64,000 bases of DNA from contig NW_027192204.1 of NCBI RefSeq assembly GCF_041956535.1, forward strand, positions 133,069 through 197,068, given 5' to 3'. The stretch comes from Calcarisporiella thermophila CBS 279.70 (taxonomy: Eukaryota > Fungi > Calcarisporiellomycota). The stretch's first letter is position 1. Every line of letters starts with the position of its first letter. The notes under the pieces are model-generated. The model was not told the DNA's origin. It ran no database searches and was given only the letters and a program-made list of their open reading frames with translations. Position numbers and translations under genes: made by a program. This document shows positions 12,517 to 26,071 of the stretch, one piece after another.

Positions 12517-15500
12517 CTAATGCTTCACTCCGCGTTTTGCCAGAGCCGCTTGAAGTTGTTGCTGGAAAGTCTGTGCTTGAATTGGCTGTAGTGTTGGCAA
12601 AGGCCGAGTTGGTTTGGGTGGGATAGCTGAAGCATTGCTTGACAAGTTTTGAGCCTGGTCTTTGGATTCCGAGCTGGCCTGAGGTTGGGTCTCGCACGAG
12701 GGGGACGGAGAGCAGGACTCATTAGAAGGCAGCGGTGTCTTGGGTTTCGAAGTTTGAGGAAGAGATGCAGGCTTTGTGCTTTGCGGATGAGAAGGAGAGG
12801 AGTCGTCGTTCGCGAGCTGAGGAGTGGGGGAAGGGGTAGGCAAAGATGAGGAATATACTGGACCAGGAGCCTCTTCACTTTCCGGGACGACTTGGTTTGG
12901 AGATGGGGTGGGCGAGTAATCTTCAGGAAATGAGTGAGGCTTCTCCACTGTTGCCTCTAAATCAGGCTCGTCCGGCTTTAGTACTTCGGTCGAGGAAGTG
13001 TAGAGCTCTATTTCGTCAGTATCCGGCTTAAGTGCCTCGTGAGCTAGCACACTATGTGTTTCAGCAGTTTCAGATGGTTGAGCAGGAGGCATAAACGAAG
13101 TGCCGGGAGAGGCGAAGACCGGCGAAGATGGAGGATAGGGAGCTGAAGATACTGCGACCGTTGGGGGTATAGAGCTCACAGGTCCATTGGGGGGGTAGCC
13201 CTCAGCTACGTAATTTATTGGAGCAGTAGCCTGGGATGTATTGGTGTGTATCGAGGGAGGCGATGGGGATGCTGAAGGGGTGTGATGGTGGGGCTGAGGG
13301 AAGGATGGGTAATACGAGTTCGACGAAAAATTATATCCCGTCGCTACTGTGGGGAATGATCCGTGCGCTAGAGATGGTGTCGGTGTTGACGGTATCATTA
13401 GCGGAGTCGAAGGTATCATCGGAGTGGCAGGGGGGAGCACAGGGGTGGGAAATGCGATATGCTGAGGCTGCGGAGGGCTGTGGATGGACTCATATCCTTG
13501 GGGAGGGTAGAAATCCACCGGCTTTTCGATAGCACTGTGGCGACGATGTAAGGTGGTGGAAGATGATGAACTGTGACTATATTTAGCTATGGACGCTTCC
13601 ATCACACGGTCGTAAAGGGATATAATGTAAGAAAGCCGTTCGTTGAGCCAGAGCAATTCGTCTGAATATTAGGGAAAATAAAATAAGAGAATAAAGCCAA
13701 AGCAGAGTATAAAAAAGAAGTTACCTTGCTTTCGTTCATATATATCAACTTCTTTGCTGATTTCTGAATTACTTGCGAGTGCGCGCCTAAATAAAGTCTG
13801 CCAAAGTATATCAACATTAAGATATTCAACAATTGCGAAGTATTAGAGTGGCCATGAATACCTGCAATGCCTCATCGTTAGAGAATTTATCAGGGTTCAA
13901 ATCGATTCCTTTCATCATTTCTACGAAATCATTCACCACGTGAATTTCTCGAAGAACCCGCGACTCTCGCTCTGCCTCCTTTCTCATTTCTTCGTCCGAC
14001 TGATTTTCAATTATCTTCTAGTGAAAGAGAGTAGAGTATATTTGAATCCTTTACCTAATATTCAATTAAAAGCCATCTTTGCTTACCACGTAGTTGACTG
14101 GAAAAAGCCCTTGCTTTCTGTTTAAGACTCCATACCACCACTCTTTATATTTTTTTTCGATCAACAATATGACATCGTCCTTCTTAAAAGTCAGCTGATC
14201 TTCGTCCGTGTTAGTAGGCTCATAATCAAAAAGCGCTCTCACACGAACTACAGGCTGTGCATTTGAGGGTTTCTTGCTTGACAGCGATGTTTCAGTTGCA
14301 CTATTGGATGCTGTGATGATAGGCTCAGTAGATTTGGATCGTTTGGATTCTGTAACCCGTTCATCTAATGAATTGGCGTAGAGTTGTGGCCCAGAGGCGG
14401 GTTTTTTTGTACATGTTGCAGGGCCAGGTCTGCTCATGGATCCTACAGGTGCACTTATAGAAGTACCGGAGGTGGGTGAGGAACTACTGGGCTTAGGCAA
14501 GTTTTGTGTTTTAGTAGGAAAGGGCGATGGCCCACTTGTGGCTGGTTTAGTGGAAGTTTTCGGGAAGAGAGGCGGCTTTGCCTGAGAAGTAGTGCTAGGT
14601 AAATTGGAGGGCGTCGCTTTCCCAGCTATTGAATTTGAGTTCAGAGAATCTATCCGCTTTCCCTAGGGTAACGAGTGCTCATGGGTCAGCTTAAGTAATA
14701 TAATATATATAGGAATTGGATAGCCTACAGGTAAATGATACTGTGCTTGCTCGATCTTTTGTGGAAAAGTGTCATATTGATTTTCAGAAAGTGAGAGCGC
14801 AAGAGCAAGTTGTAATTCCTCCTCTTCCTTTTTCGCTAAATGTGCCTAAATAGTACATCCAGGTTACTCGTTCGCTGTTGCCCGATAAAAATGCTCTAAA
14901 TAGGTTTACCTGGTTAGACATTATATTAGGAATCGGACGTATAGGAAATCGAAATCCTACAAGGAAAATCATCAGTTAAATGCAGTAGGCAATATGAGAA
15001 ATGTGAAGGTTTACCTTGAGTCTTCAGTTTCTCATATTTCTCTTGTATCACGTAGAGATATGGGTCCGAATAAAAGTCTATGGCCCATTGCTGAATTAGA
15101 TCTAATATTTTTTCCTTCACTTTTACATCAGTGTTCTGGCGAAATATATGAATAGTGTAGAAGAAAGTAGCAGAATAGTAGAGTAATTAATAGTTTGATT
15201 TAATATAGACACTTAGAAATATAGATACCTTTTCTCTCAACAGTGTGGTCATAGATTTAACGAATGGTCTTGATGCAACCTCGCGACGGATCTCAGGACT
15301 TCCATTCTTTACAAGCGCTTCAATTACCTATTAACGAATATATTTCAAGTGAAGAATTCAGCACCCCTGAATCAAAAGTAATGGAGTGAAAACATTTCGT
15401 AGCTACAGTTAGAGTGAGGAGTTGGACAGCACAATTGCGGTGTTTTAATCGCTTCATTACGGCAGATGCACATTTCTCAGCACTATCAACAAAAAACATG

Positions 15501-15752
15501 TATGATGCCATAATTCTAGCATCGCGCGTTTTATTTCAAGATTTAAAGCATTATACACATACTCTTCAGCATTTTGGACTCCATCGCACACATCTAAAAT
15601 TAACTGCCAATTCTCTGGAGCATTTTCTGCAGTGGCTTTACCTATATGGAGCGGTAATTCGTTCAATCTCCGTGTCAGGATTGCGTCAATGTTACAATGA
15701 TCAACTTACGGACTCGTTCATCAAATGGATTCGGTGGTGTTGAACGAAACAT
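12517..15752 (-). CDS. HSE1: ESCRT-0 subunit STAM/Hse1 (VHS-UIM-SH3-GAT, Pro-rich tail), multi-exon
   Basis: VHS ([17 protein letters not shown]), UIM ([12 protein letters not shown]) and SH3 ([19 protein letters not shown]). Confidence 0.85.
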
Positions 15753-16055
15753 TTCTCTAGGAGTCTGAGAGAAGCTTGAGAAATCAAACGTGCGCTAAAA
15801 TGAAGTTGATCAAATCATAGCGGTCACACTGGAACATTCGTTGAAATTGTTCGTTTTTCTTTTAAGATTCAATGCATACTTGGCATTGAAGGAAATCGAG
15901 TAAAGCGCGCGAGAGAACGAATAAAAATAGATTATGGGAAAATAACATGGATGTATTCATTTACAAAAGAAAAAGAAAAACAAAAATAAACCAAACTATT
16001 AAAAATGTTCTAAAAAGTAGCGCGTATCCCCCCCCAAAAAAGTGCACAACGGTAT

Positions 16056-16502
16056 TTATGGCACTACTTGAATGCCGGCCGTCCGTGCCGTTCCAATGAT
16101 ACTTCCACAAATTTTGTCTAGGCTCAAATGTCGCATATGCTCATCTTGCTGCTTGATTTTCGCAATCTCATACACATGCTTTAGACTTACTTTCCCCGCA
16201 ATCTCCTTCCCAGGCTTGCCGGCACCTTTCTCAATGCCTGCAGCTCTTTTCAATAAAAACATCGTAGGTGGAGTTTTGGTGACAAATGTAAATGTGCGAT
16301 CGGGATTGACGGTGATAACGGTAGGGATGGGTGTACCTGGAGCAAGTGAGGAAGTGCGATCATTAAACTGTTTGCAGAAATCCATGGATTTAATTCCGCG
16401 TTGTCCCAATGCAGGACCCACAGGAGGAGAGGGAGTGGCCTTGCCAGCCGGTACAAGGAGTCGAAGAAGTGCTGAAGATCCCTGGATCGCTTGCTTCGAC
16501 AT
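16056..16502 (-). CDS. MRPL19: Mitochondrial ribosomal protein uL11m
   Basis: PAGKATPSPPVGPALGQRG..MDFCKQFN; intronless; ATG at 16502. Confidence 0.92.
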   Translation of the reverse strand: MSKQAIQGSSALLRLLVPAGKATPSPPVGPALGQRGIKSMDFCKQFNDRTSSLAPGTPIPTVITVNPDRTFTFVTKTPPTMFLLKRAAGIEKGAGKPGKEIAGKVSLKHVYEIAKIKQQDEHMRHLSLDKICGSIIGTARTAGIQVVP

Positions 16503-17247
16503 CGTATTCTCGTGCAAAGTGTATTTTTGAGAGAATTGCAATTCTGATTGTTGACAAGTATGAGTGTGGCTTAGTAGTAATTTGTTACGGGGGGATAGTT
16601 TGAGATAGTGAGTAGACTTAACTCCGATAAACAGACATGATATTTATAAAAAATACAAAAAATCTAAATGAATTTAACACTGTGCCTAGTATATGCAACG
16701 GGTCTGTATAAACGGAATCTTAGGCAAACTAAGTCTTATTTTGTATCTTTAACCTATTTTGAACTTTGCCTGGCTTCAGGGTCGGTTTGGATTTTCTAAC
16801 GGAATTGTCTCGGATTACTGCAAACAGAGTTCTAAAATGAAAGAACCGTTCTCGAAGAAACACTACTCTTGTTAGGTCAATGACCTGCTTTCCCAAGGTG
16901 AAATGAAGGAGTGCTTTGACTTCTTCTTGGACTCAAGAGGATACTTTATGCGACGTTAATCAGTGTGATATGTACCACAGGATCATACCTCGCAAGGAGG
17001 GAGGATGTACATATTATTTATTCGACAATGAAAGGCAAAGGAAAAAAAGGCCGAAAAAGGTAAAGATAAATTAATATATAGCTAAATTCAGCAATTGAAT
17101 TGATCTGTTTTTATGCCCCGGAATTTTCGAGATTTAATTACATATATCACCCCACAATCAAACGCTTTCGCGTCTTCTGCCCTAGCTTGGCAATGTCTGT
17201 ATTTCTTTACCACACGCTGCTTGGTTTTTGTTTATGGTGTTGAAGTG

Positions 17248-17912
17248 ATGAAACTTTTCAACATTGCCACCGTCATTTGCTCCTTTGCAGAAATCGCACA
17301 GGCGCTGACCACATACGGACTTATGCCGCGGAAAGGTGCTGACGATTCTTATGCCATTGCAAGTATCAAACAAAGTGAGTTAACTTTACGCAACTATATC
17401 CCTCTTGAGGTCCAAATGCAAAATTGATCATTGACTCTTTTATTCTGTTTTATCTTACAATCGCAGATGGTATCATCGCGACCTTTGGATTTAAACAGGA
17501 ACCGGGGGATCAGATGAGAGTACGTGTCATTGTCGAGCAAGGGCTCAATGAGACAATCCATCCCTATCACGTACATTTGTATCCAGTCCCTCCTAATAAC
17601 GACTGCTACAGGACTGGCAGACATCTCGATCCCATGCGTGTCCGAGGATCTGATCGCTGCAATAGTAAGAATGGGTATCAGTGCGAAGTGGGTGACTTGA
17701 GTGGGAAGCATGGGCCGCTCAAGGGTTCAGAGGAGAACTTCCAACTTATCGATATCCAATACGACGACGCGGATCTTACATTTACGGGTAACAACTCTAT
17801 CGTTGAACGAAGTGTTGTGATACACCGCTACGACAACTCTAGACTTGCCTGTGCTAATATTACCGTAGTGGATGAAAGCGTCTTTAACAGTTACCTGCCT
17901 TCGGAAAATTGA
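17248..17912 (+). CDS. Secreted Cu-only (Sod5-like) superoxide dismutase; C-terminus possibly frameshifted
   Basis: Signal peptide and one intron (~17374-17466). YHVH, TGRHLDP, CEVGDLSGKHG and SVVIH..RLACANI are present; the Zn-ligand His residues and electrostatic loop are absent. Confidence 0.85.
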
Positions 17913-19163
17913 TGACGATAAAATTGGCTCGAATGATGATGGCAACGACGGTGGCAATGACGAGAATGAAGACGAGGATCAGTTGTCTGAAAACTCAACT
18001 CAATTTAGGACACACATCTGCCTTTGTTTAACTTTTTCTCTTTTTTAATTTTTCTGCACCTGGCTTTCTATTTGATGACTTTATTTGTAATACGCCATGC
18101 TTCATTTCCTTTATTCCACTTTGGTTATCTGTCTAGCTTTAGGCAATGGAAAGAAAAATCTATACATAACATTCTCCCCTCCCTCCCCCCTTAATTGCCC
18201 TGTATATATACTCTTCCTGTTTTAATAAGAAGCGAAATTAACTTTTGGTGACGAGTATAAATATTGGTGTCAATTCCTCGTTCTAAATTTGCGCCGACTA
18301 GTAGGAATTCAGTCCGAGCATTGAAAGACGTATCATGCAAAATTTTGGCGATATTATTATCCGAGAAAAACCCTAGAATTTCCAAAAAAGGTGTTCAAAG
18401 TAGGTCAGGCCGAGCTAAATGTAAATTGATTATCTGATTTCCATGCAATACCTTGGATCATGGATTGTATATTCTTTTTCGCCAAAAGCGTTGCTGGGGA
18501 TGGTATTAGAAAAACTGAACTCCAAATGTGTAATTCCATGGGGGAACCAAGTTAGATGGCATCTGAACCTTTGCAGCTAAATTTGAGCCTTATTTATTGT
18601 AAAAAATAATAGAATATCAATAAAAATATAGCAAGTATAATATTGATCAATGTTTCCCGAATTGCAGTTTTGGGAGGAACTATAGAATGCAATTATAAAA
18701 AAACTATTTATAGATAAGTTCTGCTCTCTTCGTTCCCCCGTTTTGAAAAGCCTTACGAATCTGTGATGTATTCGAAGAGTGTGTTGGATGAACATCAACT
18801 CCCAGTGTCAATCAAGTCGTTCCCCAGTGCACCTATCTCATGATATCACTACAAATAAAAGAAAGTTTTAGGGGGAAAAAGTAAATGTATAAATTTGGTA
18901 TCTACTACTTATTCTTATCTTCAGCTTTAAGGAATTTCTCGAATACGTGCTTCTTATTTGCATGTGTGTGGCGGGTGGGTATCCAGCTTCATCTCCCGTG
19001 AACTCTCATCTATAGGGTATTGATTGAACTTGTAAAGGTTATATCAACTTAGATAGCCGATCATATGGGTACAAGCCGTATTTGTGTTAATAATTTATAT
19101 AGGTGATGGTCAAATATACATGGAAACACTTATTTAAGATTTTCGTTGAAAACGCTCCTATTA

Positions 19164-19595
19164 ATGACGCCTCAATTACTATTCTTTATATTTGCCACGA
19201 TTGGCTTTGCTTTCTGTAACCAGACTGTAACCCCAGTAGGGCCAGGTCTTAGTTTTTCACTAGCCGAAATTTCAGCAAAAGTGGGTGAACGAGTAAAATT
19301 CAAATGGAACGGTCCACTTCCTCACGATGTGGTGAGATCCTCTGGTAGTGGAAGTTGCTCTTCTATGCAAGTTGCTCCTCTCGGGATTAGTCCTGCTAAC
19401 TTGTTTAGTTCAGGAATCAAGTTCGGTTTCGCAGATACAGCACGTATTAGCATATGAACAGATATATCGCAAAAACGCTGAATTACTCTAGGTGGGAGTT
19501 TTACGAAGATGTTCCGAACCCCAGGTGATGTCTTCTAATACTGCACTCCACATTGCTTGTTAGGAATGAAGGAGGTTATTCATGTTGTAGAATAA
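19164..19595 (+). pseudogene. Secreted cupredoxin/plastocyanin-like gene with in-frame TAA
   Basis: Signal peptide, VGERVKFKW..PHDVV, intron 19444-19491, then PGDVF*YCTPHCLLGM (type-1 Cu ligands). The stop is at 19536-19538. Confidence 0.75.
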
Positions 19596-20622
19596 TGCGC
19601 GAGAGCCAGATATTGATTTCCTTATAGCCAAAGAGAGAACAAGATAATTTATTGTATATTTTCTGTTACTATAATATTGCTCAAAAGTTTATGGGAGAAA
19701 GTAAGATTGTTTCCCGACCTTCAGCGATAATGATTTATTTGTATAAAAAATCACACTAATTAAAGTCGGTTTTCATGAATACAAGATGTCTCAAAGAAGG
19801 TGTCTCTTCGGACGTTTTGAGCTGAGTACTACCGTTTAAAACAGATCCTCCTCCAGGAATATTGGGCATCGAGCCAGGAAGCAGTTCTGAGAGGGTGCTG
19901 CATGACGAACTATTCCCGAAAATTCCCATCCGTGAGAAATACGCGTGGAAGTTCTCTCCCGCTGGAGCAGTTGGGGCTTATCGAGCACAGGTGACCACAC
20001 ACAACCCCAGATAGACTTGCCCTAAGAGGTAAGACAGGAGATTTGGGACGAAAGCTCTCCTTGCAGAAGCGTAGAATAAGTAGAGCCCACGAAGAACCCG
20101 GCGTAACTCTCCCACATGAATTGGGGGGCAAAGATGATTAATGCGAGCGGAGTAAGGAGCGTGCTTCCCGGTTCAATGGCTAAAGACAAGTCTTCTGCAG
20201 GTTGAGCCTCGCATACCAGTCGGAGGATGTTACTCATTCAAAAACGCATGGAGCAGCAAATTTTCATCAATATTGGGCCTTATATAAAATAATAAAAGTA
20301 TATAGAGGTAATCATTTGGTAAAGAATTGGTGCATTATTGCGGTAGGTTAGCAAACTCGAAAAACAACTGGAGAAAGGAAAGGAAAAAAGTTTGAACGTG
20401 ATTATTGAATAGCAACTATAGACTATGGTGAAAAGATTGCACAAGTGAGAGCATTAGATATTCGTAGAGTTATTAGCTCTCTAAGATTTACTCTAATTAT
20501 ATGTAAGAGTTTTGACCAATCAAACTTTCTAGTTCTTCAATAATACAGCCTGATACATTGTGGAATCTCACATATAAAGAAGTTCTTTTGAAGTATAAAA
20601 AAGGTATCAATAATAAGTTGTG

Positions 20623-22044
20623 TTAATGGGCTTTTAAACCTTGCTTTGCGTTATGTTTTGCACATTCTTCCATAAGCTGGATCTGATCTGCAACCTCCTT
20701 CAAAACGCCTAATACAATGCCGTTTCCTTTTGTGAATGAGTGAATATGGTAGGTCAAGCCGAGCTCATTACAGAATTTGCGTACGAATGGTTGACATGCT
20801 CTCAAGTTGTGACGAGGTACACGCGGGAGCAAATGGTGCACTGTCTGAAATTGCAATCCTCCATGGAACCAATCAAGCCATTCAGGGCAATCAACATCCA
20901 TTGATGTCCGTAGCATATGGCTTGCGAATGCTTCTCTTTCTCCTGCGCCCACCGCCGGCATTCCAAAATGGGACAAGGTAATCTGCACATGTAGCAGAAC
21001 AGTGGTGACATGAGAAATATATATCCAGAGTAGACGCTGCGGCCAACTTGGAAGGTATGACAGAAGAGTGGAAAGCCAAATGATAAAAAATAGAATGCCC
21101 ATGAGCTCGACCCAGCGGAATCGGACACGCGGTTCTTTAAGTAGAAATCCAATCGATAAGGCGTACAAATTGAATCGGCCAAAGCTCAAAATAATGTAGT
21201 AGAGATAGTGTTGCCTCTTAATGAAAAATCTTGCGAAAGCGTCAAAATGCAGGGTGATTCCGTAATAACTACTTTGGAGGTTCTCGGCAAATTTTGCTGT
21301 AATAGCGAAGAAGGGCAAGTGTTGAATGTCAGGATCGTCTTCAGGAGAATTCGTCACTACATGGTGCACATAGTGGTTCTTCTTCCACCATCCTTCGGAT
21401 AAGCCGCCACAAAAAGCAGCGATAAAGATGCCAATAAGATGATCTATTGTCCGTATATGGGTAATTCCATTATGGCCGGCATCGTGAGCAGTGAATGCGA
21501 GCTGCTGCCAGAACATCCCCATACAGACTGCACTTAATAGATAGTGCCATGTGCTACGACCGTATAAGATAAGGAGGATGGATGTCGTGAGGAATAGGAT
21601 ATAACGTACACTCTCGCGGGCATAATTCCAATAGTTGCAATCGTAGAGGCCCCTCCGTTTTACTTCCTCTTCTAATTCCAAGTATTTTGCCGAAATTAGG
21701 TCACGCATTTCTTCTTCCTTTTGCTCGTTCTTCTTTGGTATTTCCCACTCTATATCTGTAGCTGGGCGCAATTCATCAACGTATTTACCCACGTAGAAAT
21801 AATTGATAAGCTTGTTCGTAACCGATTCAGGATGAAAGCAAATCATCTGATCCGTCGCATCACGTCCATTCAGATGGCGGATGACGAGATCGCCACCAGG
21901 ATGTTTAGAAAGCCAGTGGTTAAGTCGATAAACATTGCCGCGATATATGATTAGAACATCCCCCTTTTGAACAAGTTCCTGAATCCGAGTCTTGGTGAAG
22001 AGACGCACTTCAGGTTGAACCACTTCGGCTTCCGGCGGCGCCAT
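20623..22044 (-). CDS. SLD1: Cytochrome b5-fused delta-8 sphingolipid desaturase
   Basis: HPGG, HDAGH, HYVHH and QTVHH histidine boxes; DPDIQHLP. Confidence 0.88.
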   Translation of the reverse strand: MAPPEAEVVQPEVRLFTKTRIQELVQKGDVLIIYRGNVYRLNHWLSKHPGGDLVIRHLNGRDATDQMICFHPESVTNKLINYFYVGKYVDELRPATDIEWEIPKKNEQKEEEMRDLISAKYLELEEEVKRRGLYDCNYWNYARESVRYILFLTTSILLILYGRSTWHYLLSAVCMGMFWQQLAFTAHDAGHNGITHIRTIDHLIGIFIAAFCGGLSEGWWKKNHYVHHVVTNSPEDDPDIQHLPFFAITAKFAENLQSSYYGITLHFDAFARFFIKRQHYLYYIILSFGRFNLYALSIGFLLKEPRVRFRWVELMGILFFIIWLSTLLSYLPSWPQRLLWIYISHVTTVLLHVQITLSHFGMPAVGAGEREAFASHMLRTSMDVDCPEWLDWFHGGLQFQTVHHLLPRVPRHNLRACQPFVRKFCNELGLTYHIHSFTKGNGIVLGVLKEVADQIQLMEECAKHNAKQGLKAH

Positions 22045-22308
22045 GTCGCAAAGTATCTGGTTTGATAAAATAGAGTGTTGAAGGAAAGAGTTGGCGCGGA
22101 TTTGGGAAAGGAGCAATGAACTAACGCAAGATCAATCTACATTCGAAAGTATTATTTTAATTCTCGTAGTGGGAAGTCGAATTTAAGCTCAATTGGGATT
22201 CATTCATTGGCCTATCTCAAAAACTTGCGGCTAAGAGTAATCCAAGGAAAATAAGTCTTGAGCGCGTTAGAAAAAAGACAGCATTATTCAAAAAAGAAAA
22301 ATGGTGTC

Positions 22309-24283
22309 ATGCCCGTCATTCGTTATCAATTATCTCATTTATATTCTAAAAGATCGTTTGCAACCCTTTTAAAAAAAAACTCTTCACCTCCCAGTTGGTT
22401 TACTGCCACACCATTACCCAAGAGACATCCGGCAAAAAAGCGATTGAAGGTATCTCAATCAAAACCCGGTGAAAGTACCGTAGTAGCAAAGAAGAAAAAG
22501 GAAAAAGATGCAGCAACACTAGTAAGAAAAGCGAGGGAGAAGGCGCAGATAGATCAGGTAATAATATCGTTGCGTTAATTGAATCTCACATTATTAATTC
22601 GAGCTTTTTGAGTAGGCATTTTATATTCTGAAGTCATTATGGTCTGACCTTTCAAATGCAGCTTCTCCTTCTCAACAAAATGAGATAGTTCAAAGGGCAT
22701 ACAATGAGCTCTCTAATTATTCTAATCTTGCGTGGTATCCTCGCATTTTTTCCAAATTGCTCCAATCCACAGCTTATACCCACCGCTCTACCCTTGCAAA
22801 ATCTCTCTTCGCAAATTACAGCTTGCAACTTGCACACACTTCCTCTACCGCCTATATTCAAGACGCAAAAATTTGGAACGGTTTTTTGGAGGCTTGTGCT
22901 TCAGGGGAGGAATTGAGAGAATGTATTGATGTCATAAATGGAATGAGGGCCGCAGGAGTAGATATGACAAAAGCGACAGTCCTGCATTTTATTAGGGGTT
23001 GTATTCGACATAGAGAATTGCAGACGGCAATTGAGTTTCTCAAAAGCCAGAATACACAGCTGATCACTCCCCACTTGGTGCACGAACTCTTGAATGCCTG
23101 TTTCATCTCTGGTCAAAAGAATTTAATTGCCGATGTAACAGCTTTGCTTCCCCGAATTAATGGACAAACCCTAACGATTCTCGCAAGGCACAGCACTAGT
23201 TGGGAAGATTTGAATGAGGTGATGAGCGTAGGGATGTTGGATAACTGGCAAGTACAAATTGAGTTGATGCGAGCATGCACTCGCATCGCCGATACTGGGC
23301 CGATCGGGATGTCAAAATGTTTTGATCTATATCATAGATTAATTCGTACGAACGGATCCAAGGGCATAAACCCTGGAGTGTTGAGGATATTGGTGGAAGC
23401 TTGCGTGCAACGAGGAAACATCATTGGTGCCCTTAATCTTATTTATAATAATCCAACTGTGAAATTATTCGCATCTCAGCGTATATTGCACATGGTACTA
23501 AGTTGTATCGGCTCGCATCGCGCTCTTACCTATGCAAAACGAGAGGCAGGGCATTTAGGCTGGAAACCGAGTAATGCGCTCCATATGCAACATATGTTCT
23601 ATTTCTCTTTTATTCGTGAGCAATGTCAAAGAACGTTGAGCGGTATTCTGAGCATGAAGCTGCAGAGAGGGATAGTATTAGCTATGGGACGACTTGGAGA
23701 CCAAGATGGTATTGAACAATGGGTCGTGAAATATTGCCACTTACCGGTTCATGGACACAAAACTGATACAGAACAATCAACATACGATCATGGCATAACC
23801 CTCGCTGTGAGAGCTCTGGCCACACGATCTCCTTTTCACATACCTTCGCCTTCCACCTGTCTTCACTTTTCTGCACGGATTCTTTCTCCGTCGCCTAGCT
23901 TGATCCGATTTCTTTTTTCCTCTCTCCACACACGAAACGACATCGCCATCTCTACCCCCCTTATATCTAACTTTGTAATTAGAAAGCAAGTTCAACTTAG
24001 CTCACACCAACTTGAAGAGTGGATTACTGCTAGTGTACGACGGGTAAATGAGCATGATGCACAGCGTATAGGCTCGAGGGATGGGGCGCTGGCATTCTGT
24101 AGCGCTGAAGCGCTAGAACAAGCAGGAGTTTTAAATCGAAACAAAGAAGGATGGTGGCGAGAGCTATATGAAATACGTAGAGCCATTATTGGGGCATTTG
24201 CAAAAGGGATAGTGCGAGAAACTAAGAGAGTTAAGGAAGAAATGGATGTAGAAGATTGCTTGCAAATGATTGAACACCTGTAG
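22309..24283 (+). CDS. Putative mitochondrial PPR-like helical-repeat protein, 2 exons
   Basis: Basic presequence-like N-terminus. An intron at ~22558-22615 joins it in frame to the 508-aa ORF, which has a PPR-like segment WNGFLEACA..MRAAGV. Confidence 0.55.
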
Positions 24284-24412
24284 AAAACCAATTTTGATTC
24301 CACATTTCTATTCCTTTTTTATTATTATTTATGTTGTCGTTTTTGTAAAAATATATATTGTCTTTAATAATAAACAAGCATGAGGATTTTCGAAGAAACC
24401 AGGCTTTTGACT

Positions 24413-25490
24413 CTACACTTCCGTTTGTGTCTCCTTATTGTTAATCAGATTATGCAATGCAATCACGGCTCGAATAAGTGAGCTCACATACACGACTAAC
24501 AGTTGATCATTTGTCTTTACGGAGAAAGCACGAATCATATCCGGAGTGTTCAAATTCGGTAGCAGGTTGAAAATATCTTGGAGGTTGTAAATAATCTGGT
24601 GGTTAATAGGCAGCTTACCAGCGACAACTCGCAAAAGATAGGCGTGAATGTTTTCGAGTCGTTGCTGCAGACCTTTTAGTGAATGGAGTTGGTTGGTGAC
24701 TCGTGTAGAGAGAGTCCCCACACCCGAATCCTTAATATCGCGGAGTAGATGCTCCACTCCTATCTCCTCTGCCTCTTCTGCCTGAATCTCGGAGGGAACG
24801 TGCATAAATGTCTTCTTTGTCTCCGTTCCATCCTATGGAAATAAATTTTTTGAAATTAAATTATAGCATCATAGAGAAATATAGTGACACCTAAAAATCT
24901 TACATCCGACACTTCTTCAATTGCAAAGTATGCATCTGTAGGAATTCCGATATCATCGGACTTTACATCAACGATCACAAGTACGGGATTGGGTGTATAT
25001 CTCTTGAAGAGTTCATTGATTTCTAGGTCGCTTGAACGTAGTTTGGGACCGCTGTGGTACCAGCCAATCAATTTCTCCTTGGCTATTTAAAAACAAAATG
25101 AAATCTATAACTAGATTGAGTATCCAGTAGTAGAGTATAATGTTACCATTCACTTTTTTAAACATGTCGTTCATCGATTCTACGTAATTATGATCAAGGA
25201 ACCAGACCGACGGATCTTTTTCATCTTCTTCAAATGGTACTAAAAAAGAACAGCGATTAAGTGCACACATGAGCATAAAATACAGTGAAATTCTAAGGAG
25301 AAAATTCAATATGTATACCTGCAAAGCTGTTCGCCACATTCACTGTTTTCCCCTTTGCTTGTCCTAATAACACTCCCACCACACGTTTCTTGGTATTTCT
25401 CGCGACACGATTATAGTGATCTACAACCGAAAGCAGAACGAGTGGATGCACTATAACCGTAGTAGCCTGAATTGCTTCCTTTGCTGGCAT
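24413..25490 (-). CDS. RPN8: 26S proteasome lid subunit Rpn8
   Basis: [32 protein letters not shown] and [15 protein letters not shown]. Confidence 0.96.
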
Positions 25491-26071
25491 TATTCGTTAC
25501 TTAAACTTGTAATTCCTTGTGGTAATTTTATAAGATCGCGCCTTGGTCACTTTAGAATGAAGACGCGCAATCGATATAAGCCCCCCAAACGTCATATTGT
25601 AAATCAGCCACTCTGTGACTTATTTAATTTTAGTCACTTTTTCAGGAAGAATTGTCTTACTCTTCACTTCTACCTAGCATCATTTTATTTTTTCCTCACG
25701 CCATTATTGATCATTCAACACAATAATAGGTGAGTTATTCAGTATGATTCCTACCAAATTATTGAACTAGCGTGCCGAGATCAAGTGCCAAATTACGGTC
25801 TCTTTTGTGATTTTCTATATTTGTTTCTCATTATTTTTATTTGGTGGCAACTATTTTTAAAACTACGTTTCATTCTTGGCATCGAGCATTCTTTTTATTC
25901 TTAGATAATATTTTCTGTCATTGATAGGTCACTACACTAATTCTCGATTCACACATACTCCTTTTCACTGTTGAAGATTTGATTTTCATTATCTTCTATT
26001 GATTTTATTTTAGTTTTTATTTTTAGCTTAATTCAATCGAGCATTTAACCTTATTAAGCGAGTCGTAGGAT

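Noticed and set aside
19536-19538. Stop-codon reassignment (TAA read as Tyr)
   Set aside because: Many conserved genes in the window end normally at TAA.
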